Assembly (NCBI GenBank): GCA_965249725.1
Contig: CBDFMQ010000002.1
Span: forward strand, 1,856,001-1,920,000
Reading direction: 5' to 3'
DNA length: 64,000 bases
DNA from: Longimicrobiales bacterium
GTDB lineage: Bacteria > Gemmatimonadota > Gemmatimonadetes > Longimicrobiales > Gaopeijiaceae
Part shown: piece by piece, positions 29,553 to 40,618 of the stretch
Layout: the number at the start of each line of letters is the position of its first letter
Numbering within the stretch: position 1 is the first letter of the stretch
Made by a program: the position numbers and the translations under genes
The notes under the pieces: model-generated
Database searches by the model: none
Seen by the model: the letters and a program-made list of their open reading frames with translations, nothing else
What the model was told of the DNA's origin: nothing

Positions 29553-29724
29553 CCGTAACGACCTCCGTGGCGGTGGTGAGGCTGCTGACACTGGAAGATA
29601 GTCGAAACCTCCGCCTCGCTCCCCTTGCGGCCCGGAATCGGCCTTGCGGGCCCAGATGGGTACGGACAACGTGCGGAACCGTCGGACGCATAAAGCACGG
29701 CGGAACCCATGAGGGCGGAGCTCG

Positions 29725-30831
29725 ATGGCACTGGAAGATTGGGGCTGGGACGACAAGTGGGCCGAGGTTTGGTCCGAGGCGACGTCCGGGCCCGTGTCCG
29801 GAGCAGAAGACGGCTTACGTGCCGGCCGAGTCACGACCCAAGAACGTACCCGTTGGAGCGTCCGGACCGAGGACGGTCCCGTAGAAGCTCGCGTCGTGTC
29901 GGAGCGCGGGGTCGGTGGCTTCGCCGCCGTGGGCGACTGGGTGGTGCTTCGCCCTGGACCGGCCCCAGACGACCCCTTGTCGATCGAGGGCATTCTGGCC
30001 CGTCGGTCCAAGTTCTCCCGGCAGGCGGCCGGGGAGCGCACCGAGGAGCAGGTCGTGGCCGCCAACGTCGACACCGTGTGGATCGTCCACGGCCTGGACG
30101 TACTGCCCAACCCCAGGCGCTTGGAGCGCTACCTGGCGGTGGCGTGGGAGAGCGGAGCTCAACCCTGTTTCGTGCTGACCAAGGCGGACGTGGCCGTCGA
30201 TCTCGACGAGTCGAAGCGGATCGTGGAAGCACTCGCGTTCGGGATTCCGGTGCACGTGGTGAGCGTGGAGGGTGGGGGCGGATCGGATGGCGGCGCCGTG
30301 CCGGGAGTCGCACCGCTCGCCGACGGCATGCAACCCGGCAAAACCGTGGCCCTGCTCGGCCCCTCCGGCGTGGGCAAGTCCTCGCTGATCAACCGGCTCG
30401 CCGGAGAAGAACTCCTGGAGATCGGTGACGTGCGAACCGGGGACAAGAAGGGCCGGCATACGACCACCCGCAGACAGCTGGTTCGCATCGCGAGCGGAGC
30501 GCTACTCCTCGACACCCCGGGCATGCGCGAGCTCCAGGTATGGGACCTCGACGAGGGGCTCGGCCAGGCGTTCCCTGAGATCGACGAGTTGACCGAGCAG
30601 TGCCGGTTCCGGGACTGCTCCCACGAATCCGAGCCCGGCTGCGCGGTGCTCGAGGCCGTGGAGTCGGGCTCCCTCTCCCAGGAGCGGCTGGACAGCTACC
30701 GCAAACTGGAGGCCGAGGCCGCCTGGCAGCGGCGGAAGGCCGACCCGCGGGCTCAGGCCGAACAGTTGCCGGAGTGGAAGTCGATCATCAAGAGCCTCAA
30801 GCACCACCCGAAGTATCAGGAGCGGAAGTAG
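29725..30831 (+). CDS. rsgA: Small ribosomal subunit biogenesis GTPase RsgA
   Basis: [35 protein letters not shown]. Confidence 0.93.
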   Translation: MALEDWGWDDKWAEVWSEATSGPVSGAEDGLRAGRVTTQERTRWSVRTEDGPVEARVVSERGVGGFAAVGDWVVLRPGPAPDDPLSIEGILARRSKFSRQAAGERTEEQVVAANVDTVWIVHGLDVLPNPRRLERYLAVAWESGAQPCFVLTKADVAVDLDESKRIVEALAFGIPVHVVSVEGGGGSDGGAVPGVAPLADGMQPGKTVALLGPSGVGKSSLINRLAGEELLEIGDVRTGDKKGRHTTTRRQLVRIASGALLLDTPGMRELQVWDLDEGLGQAFPEIDELTEQCRFRDCSHESEPGCAVLEAVESGSLSQERLDSYRKLEAEAAWQRRKADPRAQAEQLPEWKSIIKSLKHHPKYQERK

Positions 30832-30915
30832 TACCGAGCCTTGCCCGCAACCGCCATCCGGTGACACCCTGTAGGACTTCAGAACGAAGGTCGGGTGTTC
30901 TAAGAAGGGGGAACG

Positions 30916-33347
30916 ATGGGATTGGTCCGGGACGCGAAGTTCGCGGTGCGCATGCTCACCAAGGCGCCGGTATTCACCTTCGTGGCGGTCCTGTCACTCG
31001 CCCTGGCCATCGGCCCGAACACCGCCGTGTTCTCGCTGGTCGATCACGTGCTGCTGAGCGACTGGGGCGTCGGCGAACCGGAGACGTTGGTCGACGTCTT
31101 CGCCCTCTCGCGGTCCGGCTCGTTCAACTTCACGAACTACCCCACCTACGAGGCGGTTCGGGACGGTACGACCGACGTTTTCTCGGACGTGACCGGCTAC
31201 GCCTTCACTACCGCCCGGGTGGAGCAGGACGGTCAGCCCCGACCGGTGGTCGTCGAGATGGTGACCGGCAGCTACTTCGATGTCATGCAGGTCAGTGCGG
31301 CCCGAGGGCGCACGTTCCTTCCGGAAGAGGACGTCACGGACGGGACGCACCCCGTGGTGGTGGTCTCGGACTTCTTCTGGAGGACACGCTACGACGCCGA
31401 CCCCGGACTCATCGGGTCGGAGCTTCGCCTGAACGGCACTCCCTTCACGGTAGTGGGCGTGGCGCCCGCGGACTTCAAGGGTCGGGTGATCCGCGGGGTG
31501 CCGACGGACATCTGGGTGCCGCTCCGCATGCATGCCGACATCGCGCCCGGACAGATGGGAATGGGAGACTTCTCCATTTCCGCGCGTATGGTCCCGGGGA
31601 TTCCGGCGCAGCGAGGCGTTGCGGCCGTCGAGGCCCTCGCGGCCCGCATCGACGCGGAGCGCGACTCCAATTTCGCCTTCAGACTCGCGGCCGTCCCGCT
31701 CTCGGAGACACGGCTGCACCCCAGCCTCGATGGTGCCGTGAACGCCATGGTCGCCATGCTCTTTGCCGTTGTGGCGCTCGTGCTCCTCGTAGCCTGCGTG
31801 AACCTGGCGGGATTCCTGCTGGCGAGAGCGACGGATCGTCAGAAGGAGATTGCCGTTCGGCTTTCACTGGGCGCCGGACGGGTGGCGATCCTCCGCCAAC
31901 TCCTGGTCGAGTCCTTCCTGCTGGCGAGCATGGGTGCCGTGCTCGGGACCATCCTGGGCCAGTTTGCGCTTCGGGCGCTCATCGCTATGGAGCCGCCCAT
32001 CGGGATGCCGCTCAACCTGGAGGTCGGGCTGAATCCACGCGTGCTGGCGTTCACGGTCGGGACGACACTCGTCGCGGCGCTCTTCTTCGGCCTCGCTCCC
32101 GGCCTGCATGCGACGCGCGTGCCGGTCGCCCCGACGCTGCGTGACGAGGGGGGCCACTCCGGCGGCCGAGCTAAAGCCAGGACCCGGGGCGTCCTGGTCG
32201 CCGCCCAGATGACGCTGTCAACCGTCCTCATCGTTGCGACGGGGCTCTTTCTGAGGAGCCTCCAGGCTGCATCAGGAGTGGACGTCGGATTCTCGACCGA
32301 ACCCGCGGGAGTCGTCACGGTCGGGACGTGGGCGAACCGATACGATGAAGAGCAGCAACGGGCGTTCGTGGAGCGCATGTTGGCCGACGGAGCCGCCCAG
32401 CCGGGGATCTCGCAGATCGCTCTGACGACCCGGGTCCCCCTCGGGCTGGGTATGAGAAACAGAGGGCTGGACGTGCCGGGCGTCGATCCGCCGCTCGACG
32501 CCGATTACCACATGCTCGAGGTGGCCGGCGTGAGCGCGGACTACTTCGCCACCATGGACATCCCGGTGATCTCGGGTCGGCCCTTCGGCCCCGAGGACAG
32601 CGATGGCGCACCCCAGGTCGTCATCTTGAGCGAGGCCGCCCAGGCCAGGTTCTGGCCGGGCGAAGACGCCGTCGGTCGAGTCATCCACCCGGCCGGGCAG
32701 CCCGAAGTGGACCTCACCGTGGTCGGGGTCGTGGCCAACGTGAAGATCTGGAATCTGGTCGAGCCCCCTCGGCCCTACCTCTATGTGCCCTTCGCCCAGG
32801 CGACTAGCTCCACGTTCACGTTCATCGCCGAGGGCCTACCTCGGACGCAGCGTTGGCCGCGACCCTGAGCGCGACGGCCCGCAACCTCGATCCCGAGATC
32901 TACCTCGAGTCCGTGGGGACGTTGGACAAGCACGTCTCGCTGAACTTCTATCTGCCTCGCTTGGCGGCCCTTCTCCTCGCCGGCCTCGGGTCCATTGCGC
33001 TCGTGCTGACATGCGTCGGCCTGTACGGCCTGGTCAGCTATGGCGCCGCCCGCCGAACCCGTGAGATCGGCATCCGACTCGCCTTGGGCGCGCCACGGGA
33101 CAGCCTCGTGAAGCTCGTCGTCCAGGGAGGACTGACGCTCGTGCTGGTGGGCGGCGGCGTAGGGATCGTCGCCGCTCTAGGCGTGAGCGGCCTGCTTCGT
33201 GGGTTCCTGATCGGCGTGGGACCGCTCGATCCTGTTGCCCTCCTGGGAGCGCCTCTCCTCTTGGGCGCCGTGGCGGCCCTGGCGGCGTACCTGCCCGCTC
33301 GACGGACCAGCCGGGTCGATCCCGTGGAGGCGCTCCGGAGCGAGTGA
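30916..33347 (+). CDS. Duplicated MacB/FtsX-type ABC permease (ADOP-like), split by a 1-bp frameshift near 32835
   Basis: ACVNLA..R.KEIAVRLSLGA repeated as RTREIGIRLALGA; ends RVDPVEALRSE; ORFs 30916..32868 and 32853..33347 join if one C is added. Confidence 0.85.
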
Positions 33348-33401
33348 GGAGCCGACGGCCTACGCCTACCCCGCCCTCAGCATCCCGCCCCAGACCAGGG
33401 A

Positions 33402-35294
33402 CTAGGGACTGCCCAGGGCCGCTTCTTCTTGAGCGAAACGCTCCCTCATACCGCCGTGGATCCGCTCGAGGCCCGATCGGAAACGCGGAACCTCACGTAC
33501 ACCGTCGAACACGCCGGACGCCATAACTCGGAACTCGACTGCATTGTGTGACCAGGTGAACGCACGCTCCAACCACGTCAACGCCTGGTCGACATCTCCG
33601 ATCCAAGCGTAGAACGTGGCGATATCGCGATACGAAACCATCTCCGCGTGACTGGAGGGCACGGAGGTCTCGCCAAGAGAACTCTTCAACGAATCGACGG
33701 TCTGCATAGCCCCTGCCACGTCCCCTCGAGAGTGCCGACACATCGCCCGTAGACCAGGATACGAATCGCGTAGACCATCTCGGCAATCGTCGGGGCGACC
33801 GTCCAGGAGGCTGGCGATCGCTTCCAGAAAACGGGGCACGGCCAGCGTGGACTCGAGCGCGAGCGCCCGTTGGGTCTCCCGCACGACGAGGTCATAGCGC
33901 CGCGCGGCGATGGCGTCGAGCGCAAAGCCCACGCGTCTGCCGGGCGCCAAGGGATCGATCTCGATCGCGATAGTGGCCTCCGCCAACGCCTCTTCGTGCT
34001 GCTCCTCGCGCACCAGGTAATGAGCATACCATCCGTGCGCTTCGGCCGAGTTCGGGGTGAGTTCGAGCGCACGCAAAAAGTCCGCGGCCACTTCTTCCGG
34101 CGGGCCAAAAGCTTTCGTCCTCAGATACCCGCGTGTGGCATAGGCTTCGGCGGCCGAGCGGTCGAGTTCGATCGCCCGATTCGCCATGGCTAGGGCCCGG
34201 CCATAGAGCTGATATCCGTCCAGATCGGGGGGCCCGTATGTGATGGACAGACCGTATGAGCTCGCCAGCCCGGCATAAGCCAGGGCGTAGGTCGAATCCA
34301 GTACGACCGATCGTTCAAAGGAACGGATCGCCGCCAACAGCCCGGTGGCCGTCCGGGTATGCAACTGCGACTTCCCGGTCAGATAAGCCTCGTAGGCCAC
34401 GGGCTCCTCGGTCCGAGACGCCGCACTCGTGGGGCGAGGACCGCCGACCACGGTCGTGAGCGCCGAGGTCACCCTGATGGCGATATCCTCTTGCAGACTG
34501 AAGAGTTCGGCGAGCGGTCCATTGTATGAGTCCGCCCAGAGATGATTGTCGGTTTCCGCATGTATGAGCTGGGCCGTAACCCGAATCTGGTCGCCGAAGA
34601 CCTGGACCGAACCCTCCAGGATGTGCTGGACCCCAAGGGTGTCGGCGATCTGGGGAGTCGTGAGATTGCTGCCGCTGACAGCCTCGGCGGAGGTGCGGGA
34701 GATGACATGCAGGTCCGGAACCCGGGCGAGCTGGGCAGTGATCTCCTCGGTGATCCCCTCACTGAGGAACGCCATATCCTCCTGCCCGCCAATGTTGTCG
34801 AACGGCAGCACGGCGACGGAGGAGCCGCGTGAGGCACCAGCGGTCGAGGTGCTCTCTGCATCCCTACCCGAGGGCCACAGGTCGGTCGCGACCGCCAAGA
34901 CGGCGATCACCCCCAACCCGGCGAAGGCGAGAACGCCGCCCAGGATCGCATTCCGCCACGTGAATATGCGTTGGGCGCCGGCACGTGGTGGGGTTGCCGC
35001 CAAGCCCGATGCGTCCATCGGCTCACCAGTCCCCCCGGCAGCCCCCGACCCCGACGGATCGCCGTCCGCCGCAGTTCCGAGTCCTTCCTGGATGAACGCC
35101 GTCGCCGCCACGACGGGAAGCCCGATCAGGAGGAGGACCAGAGCGAACGGCGCAAGCCACCCCGGGAGTCCAGCGGTCTCGGAGATGCCCCCAATGGCCT
35201 CGAGCACGAGCCATGAGCCTCCGAGATAGATCCCCAGCACCTTCCAGATGGAGCGGCGGTAAATCTCGCGAATCAAATCTTCCAGGCCTGACAT
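33402..35294 (-). CDS. Membrane TolB-like/TPR protein
   Basis: N-terminal TM segments, SVAVLPFDN..GITEEI..VISRTS, TPR helices. Confidence 0.75.
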   Translation of the reverse strand: MSGLEDLIREIYRRSIWKVLGIYLGGSWLVLEAIGGISETAGLPGWLAPFALVLLLIGLPVVAATAFIQEGLGTAADGDPSGSGAAGGTGEPMDASGLAATPPRAGAQRIFTWRNAILGGVLAFAGLGVIAVLAVATDLWPSGRDAESTSTAGASRGSSVAVLPFDNIGGQEDMAFLSEGITEEITAQLARVPDLHVISRTSAEAVSGSNLTTPQIADTLGVQHILEGSVQVFGDQIRVTAQLIHAETDNHLWADSYNGPLAELFSLQEDIAIRVTSALTTVVGGPRPTSAASRTEEPVAYEAYLTGKSQLHTRTATGLLAAIRSFERSVVLDSTYALAYAGLASSYGLSITYGPPDLDGYQLYGRALAMANRAIELDRSAAEAYATRGYLRTKAFGPPEEVAADFLRALELTPNSAEAHGWYAHYLVREEQHEEALAEATIAIEIDPLAPGRRVGFALDAIAARRYDLVVRETQRALALESTLAVPRFLEAIASLLDGRPDDCRDGLRDSYPGLRAMCRHSRGDVAGAMQTVDSLKSSLGETSVPSSHAEMVSYRDIATFYAWIGDVDQALTWLERAFTWSHNAVEFRVMASGVFDGVREVPRFRSGLERIHGGMRERFAQEEAALGSP

Positions 35295-35382
35295 GGGTCG
35301 AACATGCGTGATGTCCGATCACGCATCAAGCTGGACGCAGATCCGGCTTGTCCCCGGCCGGGGACCCACCTACCGTGCCATC

Positions 35383-35760
35383 ATGAAACCCGAACACGCC
35401 TTCGCCATCGGAGCCTACGACTACTTCGCCGCTTATACGTTCGGTGTCGTGGCAGCCACGTCGGCCTGGTTCGTGGTCCCCGCCCTGCTTCCCATGCCTC
35501 TGGCGATGGTCGTCGGGATGGCGGTCGGCGTCGTATCCGTGTTCCCGTTGTTCGGCTTCTTCTCCTACGTCCTGGGGGGATTCGAGATCATCGTGATGTC
35601 GATGCAGATCGCGATGGTCACCGGCATGGTCGGCGTCATGATGGGAGACGGCACGATCATACCGGTGGTCGTGGCAGGCGGCGGGACCGGGCTGGCGATC
35701 CAGTTCATCCTCGACGTGGCCAACCGCCGGATGCGCGGCGAGGTGATCCACAATGACTGA
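35383..35760 (+). CDS. Small Met/Gly-rich membrane protein
   Basis: About four hydrophobic helices; overlaps the next gene. Confidence 0.55.
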   Translation: MKPEHAFAIGAYDYFAAYTFGVVAATSAWFVVPALLPMPLAMVVGMAVGVVSVFPLFGFFSYVLGGFEIIVMSMQIAMVTGMVGVMMGDGTIIPVVVAGGGTGLAIQFILDVANRRMRGEVIHND

Positions 35761-36367
35761 GCACGCCATCCAGAAGTGGAACAAGGCGGCCAAGATGCTC
35801 GACGCCGGCAAGCGCGGTGAGGAGACCCGCTACGGCGTCTTCAAGCGGCATCTCTTCGAGAAATCTCGGGGCAAGACTCTACTGGTGGCCGCCGGAACGG
35901 GCGTCGACTTCAAGTACTTCCCCGCCGACATCGAGCTGACGGCGATCGACTTCTCGCCGGTCATGCTCGAGCACGCCGCCGAGAAGGTCGACGAGTGCGC
36001 TGCACCGCTGACCCTGCTCGAGGCTGACGTGACGGACCTGGACTTCCCCGACGGTCACTTCGATACCGTCGTCACGTCCTGCACCTTCTGCTCCGTCCCC
36101 GACCCCATCAAGGGACTGAAGGAGCTACGCCGGGTTCTGAAGGACGACGGGGCCATGCTCATGTTCGAGCATGTGCGTCCGACCAACCCCTACCTCGGCT
36201 TCGTGATGGACCGAATGAACCCGTTGGTCGCCAAGGTCGGCCCCGACATCAATCAACGAACCGCCGACAACGTGCGGGCGGCGGGGTTCCGGCTGACACG
36301 CGAGTTCAACGTATATCTGGACATGGTGAAGCTGTTCGAGGCTAGAAACGCTGAAACGGCTTCTTGA
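35753..36367 (+). CDS. Class I SAM-dependent methyltransferase
   Basis: VAAGTG, IDFSPVML, FDTVV..TFCSVPDP. Confidence 0.88.
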   Translation: MTEHAIQKWNKAAKMLDAGKRGEETRYGVFKRHLFEKSRGKTLLVAAGTGVDFKYFPADIELTAIDFSPVMLEHAAEKVDECAAPLTLLEADVTDLDFPDGHFDTVVTSCTFCSVPDPIKGLKELRRVLKDDGAMLMFEHVRPTNPYLGFVMDRMNPLVAKVGPDINQRTADNVRAAGFRLTREFNVYLDMVKLFEARNAETAS

Positions 36368-36390
36368 GAGACCGCTGATGGGAGGTGCGA

Positions 36391-37506
36391 ATGGCTAGGG
36401 TCCGGGTGCTGGTAGGAACGCGGAAGGGCGCGTTCGTCATAACCTCCGACGAGGCGAGACGGGACTGGACGATCGAGGGGCCCCATTTCGGGGGGTGGGA
36501 GGTGATGCACGTTCAGGCGTCTCCCGTCGACCCCGATCGGCTCTATGCCTCACAATGGACCGACTGGCACGGCCAGGTCGTACAGAGGTCCGACGACGGA
36601 GGAACGTCCTGGGAGCCCGTCGGGAACGAGTTCGCGTACGCCGGCGAGACCGGCACGCATCAGTGGTACGACGGCACGCCCCATCCGTGGGAGTTCAAGC
36701 GCGTGTGGCACCTGAAGCCGTCGCCGGACGATCCCGACACCGTATACGCCGGCGTTGAGGACGCGGCCCTGTTCCGATCGAGCGACGGCGGTCACACCTG
36801 GACCGAGCTTGCCGGCCTACGGACCCATTCGACGGGGCAGGACTGGGGGCCCGGGGCGGGCGGTATGTGTCTGCACACCATCCTCATCGACCCCGCCAAC
36901 GTGCAGCGCCTCTATGTGGCCATATCCGCTGCGGGTGCCTTCCGGAGCGACGACGCCGGCGAGTCGTGGAACGTGGCCACCGGAGGGCTGAACTCGGTCT
37001 ACCTTCCCGACCCCGGGGCGGCCGTCGGTCACTGTGTCCATAAGCTCGCCATCCACCCGACTCGTCCCGACACGGTGTTCATGCAAAAGCACTGGGACGT
37101 CTGCCGCAGCGACGACGCAGGTGAGTCCTGGACCGAGGTGAGCGGTAACCTGCCGTCCGATTTCGGATTCCCGATCGCCGTGCACGCGCACGAGCCAGAG
37201 ACCATCTACGTCGTGCCGATCCTCAGCGACACTGAGCACTATCCCCCCGAGGGCAAGCTCCGCGTATACCGCAGCCGTACCGGGGGGAACGACTGGGAGG
37301 CGCTGACCGACGGGCTCCCGCAACAGCACTGCTACGCGGACATCCTACGGGACGCCCTGGCGGTGGACTCGCTCGACTCGTGCGGAGTCTACTTCGGCAC
37401 CACGGGCGGGCAGGTATACGCGTCGGCCGACGAAGGCGATACCTGGACGACGATCGCGGACCACCTGCCGAGGATATCCTCGGTGGAGGTGCAGACGATC
37501 CCGTGA
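36391..37506 (+). CDS. BNR/Asp-box beta-propeller (sialidase-like) protein
   Basis: Multiple SxDxGxxW Asp-boxes. Confidence 0.82.
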   Translation: MARVRVLVGTRKGAFVITSDEARRDWTIEGPHFGGWEVMHVQASPVDPDRLYASQWTDWHGQVVQRSDDGGTSWEPVGNEFAYAGETGTHQWYDGTPHPWEFKRVWHLKPSPDDPDTVYAGVEDAALFRSSDGGHTWTELAGLRTHSTGQDWGPGAGGMCLHTILIDPANVQRLYVAISAAGAFRSDDAGESWNVATGGLNSVYLPDPGAAVGHCVHKLAIHPTRPDTVFMQKHWDVCRSDDAGESWTEVSGNLPSDFGFPIAVHAHEPETIYVVPILSDTEHYPPEGKLRVYRSRTGGNDWEALTDGLPQQHCYADILRDALAVDSLDSCGVYFGTTGGQVYASADEGDTWTTIADHLPRISSVEVQTIP

Positions 37507-37805
37507 CCGAGATCAGGGTCGCCCTGCCCCGGCACCTGCGCACGTTGGCTCGGGTCGAGGGGGAGCTTCAGCTCGGGGTCGACGACCCGGTCACGATCAC
37601 CACCGTGATGGACGCGCTGGAAGCGCGCTACCCGATGCTGCGCGGAACGATCAGAGACCACCGAAGCGAGGCCCGCCGTGCGTACATGCGGTTCTTCGCC
37701 TGCGGACGGGACCTCTCGCACGACCGGCCCGACGAGCCGCTGCCAGACTGCGTAACGTCCGGGGCGGACGTGCTGTGCGTGGTAGGCGCGATCTCGGGGG
37801 GGTGA
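37503..37805 (+). CDS. MoaD/ThiS-family ubiquitin-like protein
   Basis: LP.HLR.LA, C-terminal AISGG; GTGA overlap with the upstream gene. Confidence 0.82.
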   Translation: MTEIRVALPRHLRTLARVEGELQLGVDDPVTITTVMDALEARYPMLRGTIRDHRSEARRAYMRFFACGRDLSHDRPDEPLPDCVTSGADVLCVVGAISGG

Positions 37806-37817
37806 GGCGGGCGGAGG

Positions 37818-38234
37818 CTACTCGGCCCCGAACAGCAGCACACCTTCCGCCTCCGCCGCGGCCGCAAGCCTCCGATCGAGGGTCGCCAACGGCACCCCCA
37901 GGCGCCCGCCGAGCTCAAGGTAGGCTGCATCGTAGGAGGTCAGACTATAGGCCTGCGCAAGACGTCGTGTCTCTCCGAACGCGCGCCTCCTCTCGGCGGG
38001 GTCCATCGCAAGTGGGAGCGACAACAGGAAACGAGTGAACTTAGTGGCGGTCGCGGAGTCGATCCGACTCCTGCGCTCTGCGACCAGCAGCCCGTTCGTC
38101 ACCTCCAGCGTCCAAAGCGTGGGGACGACCGCCTCCAGCGTGCGAAGTGCGTGGAGGACCTGGAGCGCGTACTCGCTACCCTCATCCTCGAAGCACCACG
38201 ACAGAGCCACGGAGGCGTCGAGGACCAGATTCAC
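37818..38234 (-). CDS. vapC: PIN-domain toxin, VapC family
   Basis: LVLDASV, EVTN, SYDAAYL, ATLD. Confidence 0.88.
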   Translation of the reverse strand: MNLVLDASVALSWCFEDEGSEYALQVLHALRTLEAVVPTLWTLEVTNGLLVAERRSRIDSATATKFTRFLLSLPLAMDPAERRRAFGETRRLAQAYSLTSYDAAYLELGGRLGVPLATLDRRLAAAAEAEGVLLFGAE

Positions 38235-38473
38235 CGACGCCCCTCGTCGATCAGAGCCCGCACCGTGAGGTCGGGCCCCAGCGTGCGGCCGCGTCGCAGC
38301 GCCACGATGCCGTCCACGGCCTCGTCCACCGTGTGCTCGACCGCCCCTGCCGCGGGGATCAGTTGGGCCACCGGCCGGCCGTGCCGGGTGATGGTAATGC
38401 GCTCCCCGAGTTCGACGCGGTCCAGTAGCTCCGCGAGATGCGTCTTAACGTGATATGCGCCAACGTCAGGCAT
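38231..38473 (-). CDS. Phd/YefM-family antitoxin
   Basis: KTHLAELLDRVELGERITITRHGRPVA; overlaps vapC. Confidence 0.88.
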   Translation of the reverse strand: MPDVGAYHVKTHLAELLDRVELGERITITRHGRPVAQLIPAAGAVEHTVDEAVDGIVALRRGRTLGPDLTVRALIDEGRR

Positions 38474-38497
38474 GGGGGTGAACTCCTAAAACAAACA

Positions 38498-38519
38498 AGA
38501 CCAGCCTAAGACCAGTCTA
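38498..38519. promoter_or_regulatory. Probable toxin-antitoxin operator: tandem AGACCAGYCTA x2
   Basis: Two adjacent 11-bp near-palindromic units just upstream of the antitoxin. Confidence 0.55.
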
Positions 38520-38584
38520 GGCCATTCGTGCTGCAACTGCAACACGCCCCGCTAGATACGCCGCGGGTGGGGTGTTACCCGGCT

Positions 38585-39349
38585 CTATCGGGGGGGCCTA
38601 TTTGCCTCCTCCTTGAGCTTCTTCTCCAACTCGGCCTTCATCTCGAGCGCCTGTTCCTGCTCGGCAGACTCCAGGGGATGCACGGCCGGACGTTGGAGGA
38701 CGTGCTCCAGTTCCTGCAACGCGAGCTCGGCCCGATCGGTGTCCGCGTAGAGGGCGGCGAGCTGGAGGTGGTGCCCCAAGACGTCCGGGGCCCGTTCTTC
38801 CGCGAACACGAGATGTTCCTCTGCCGCTTCCCAGGTCGGCTTCTCGCGCTCGCCTCCTCCCATGAGATTCTGCGCGATCCACTGCGTGAGTTCGTTCGAT
38901 CGGAGCAGGCCCGCATAGAGTCGTCCCAGCAGGTGACGGGCTCCGGCGTGCTCGGGATCGAGCGCTAGAACCGCGTCGACTTCCCGATTGAACTCCGCGC
39001 CGATCTGCACCTTGGTGAACCCGACCTCGACGTCTGCTCGGCTCCCGAGGACAGCAGCTAGCCCGAAGCGCCGTCCCGTATCGTCCGCATGGCCTTCAAG
39101 GGCCGCACGAGCATGGGCCTCAGCCCGCTCGAGAAGGGCTCTTGTTGCGTCTTCGGTGGCTGCGGCACCGGACTCCTCTACGAGCATCCACACCGAGTCC
39201 GGCACACCCTCGACCGCCCAGACGGGGCGGTCCGTACTCGTGAGAGGCACTCCCTGGGCAGAGAGGGTGCCCACGGCGGGGATCGACATGAGGATCACCC
39301 GAGGGATCACGGAGAGGATCGCTGAGAGCGCGGATTTAGACATAGTCAT
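38585..39349 (-). CDS. Secreted TPR-like hypothetical protein
   Basis: Signal-like N-terminus; LALDPEHAGARHLLGRLY TPR-like motif. Confidence 0.6.
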   Translation of the reverse strand: MTMSKSALSAILSVIPRVILMSIPAVGTLSAQGVPLTSTDRPVWAVEGVPDSVWMLVEESGAAATEDATRALLERAEAHARAALEGHADDTGRRFGLAAVLGSRADVEVGFTKVQIGAEFNREVDAVLALDPEHAGARHLLGRLYAGLLRSNELTQWIAQNLMGGGEREKPTWEAAEEHLVFAEERAPDVLGHHLQLAALYADTDRAELALQELEHVLQRPAVHPLESAEQEQALEMKAELEKKLKEEANRPPR

Positions 39350-39569
39350 GTAATAAGAGACAAGAGCCCCCCGATGTGAACACACCCGAGACGCCGGGCC
39401 GGGCCAACCGCGAGCCGCGCACGCGTGTTCGTGGGGTTGGATCACGTCCACCTCATCCGAGGCGAAACCGGACGGTTGGCCTCACATCTCGCGAGTCGTG
39501 GGCGGCGTGTGCTCCCCGACGAGCTAGGCGTCGGGGAGCAGCCGTCGTATCAGGTTACGAACAGCGACG

Positions 39570-40316
39570 CTAGTTGGTCACCGCCGGGTTGTTCCACATG
39601 TAATCCGTATGCGTGCGGCAAATGTCGTAGAACTCCTGGAACGCGATCGGATCGATCTCGGTGGCCTCTCCGTAAATAGCCCCCTGCATCTCGAGCAGCG
39701 TGGTATGGTCCGGGCCACTCATGGTCTCCAGCCGTCTGAACACACCACCGGCGCGATGCCCGTAGTAGCCGTACGAAGCGAGGTGCCCGGCATCGATGTG
39801 CTTCTGGTACAGGGGGGCCAGCAGCTCGGTGAAGATCTCGTCGGCACGAGTTTCCCTGGTCCGCTCGCACATGTGGTACGCGGAAAGCGAGGCGGCGCCG
39901 AACACGTCGGGGTTGTTTGTCGACAGGTCGAGCCCGTTCCAGATGTAATCGTCGTGCCCTGGGCAGGCTGACAGAAACTCGGCCATCTCATCGGCGTTGC
40001 TCTCGCCGAGCTCAGCGGTGATGCTCGCCCTAGCCCCCATCATCTGACCCATGTCGGTCCCGGTGAGGGCCCAAACGCGTCTCCAGGAGCCGCCCTGTTC
40101 GTGAGCGAGCCACAGCGCGCCAGTCAGGTGACCCGCGTCGACATGCTTCTGCACGATCGGAGCGACCACGCGCTCCATCACGGCGTCAGCCTGCGTCTCC
40201 AGGGCTTGGCTGCATCGATAGTAGATGCCGAAGACAAGGCCCGGGTCGTCCTGGGCGCTGGCGTTTGGCGCGAGGATGAACAGGCCGGCAGCGAGGGCGA
40301 TTCTTATCCGCTTCAT
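39570..40316 (-). CDS. Secreted hypothetical protein with two internal repeats
   Basis: Signal peptide; both halves contain QKH.DAGHL and end in C..H.DY.W. Confidence 0.65.
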   Translation of the reverse strand: MKRIRIALAAGLFILAPNASAQDDPGLVFGIYYRCSQALETQADAVMERVVAPIVQKHVDAGHLTGALWLAHEQGGSWRRVWALTGTDMGQMMGARASITAELGESNADEMAEFLSACPGHDDYIWNGLDLSTNNPDVFGAASLSAYHMCERTRETRADEIFTELLAPLYQKHIDAGHLASYGYYGHRAGGVFRRLETMSGPDHTTLLEMQGAIYGEATEIDPIAFQEFYDICRTHTDYMWNNPAVTN

Positions 40317-40618
40317 TGGACCTCCTGGTGCGGGAAAAGAGCGGGCGGAGAGTATAGAGGGTCGAAAAGGGCGGCGCGAGCAGGCTGTACACAGGGATGA
40401 GGATGGCGTCTGCGGATTCGCCCTACTACCGGCGGACCGTGACGCGTAGTCGGGGCGAGTGCTAGCCGACGACCGCGACTGGACGCCGGTCATGATCCGA
40501 CACGTGGAGAGCCGGGCCGGGTCGGCCCTTCATGATCTTGGCGACGAATGGCGATGTCATGGCTCTGAGTAGAGCGCCGTAGTTGACGTCGAATGGCACC
40601 TCGGTGCCGATGGACAGT

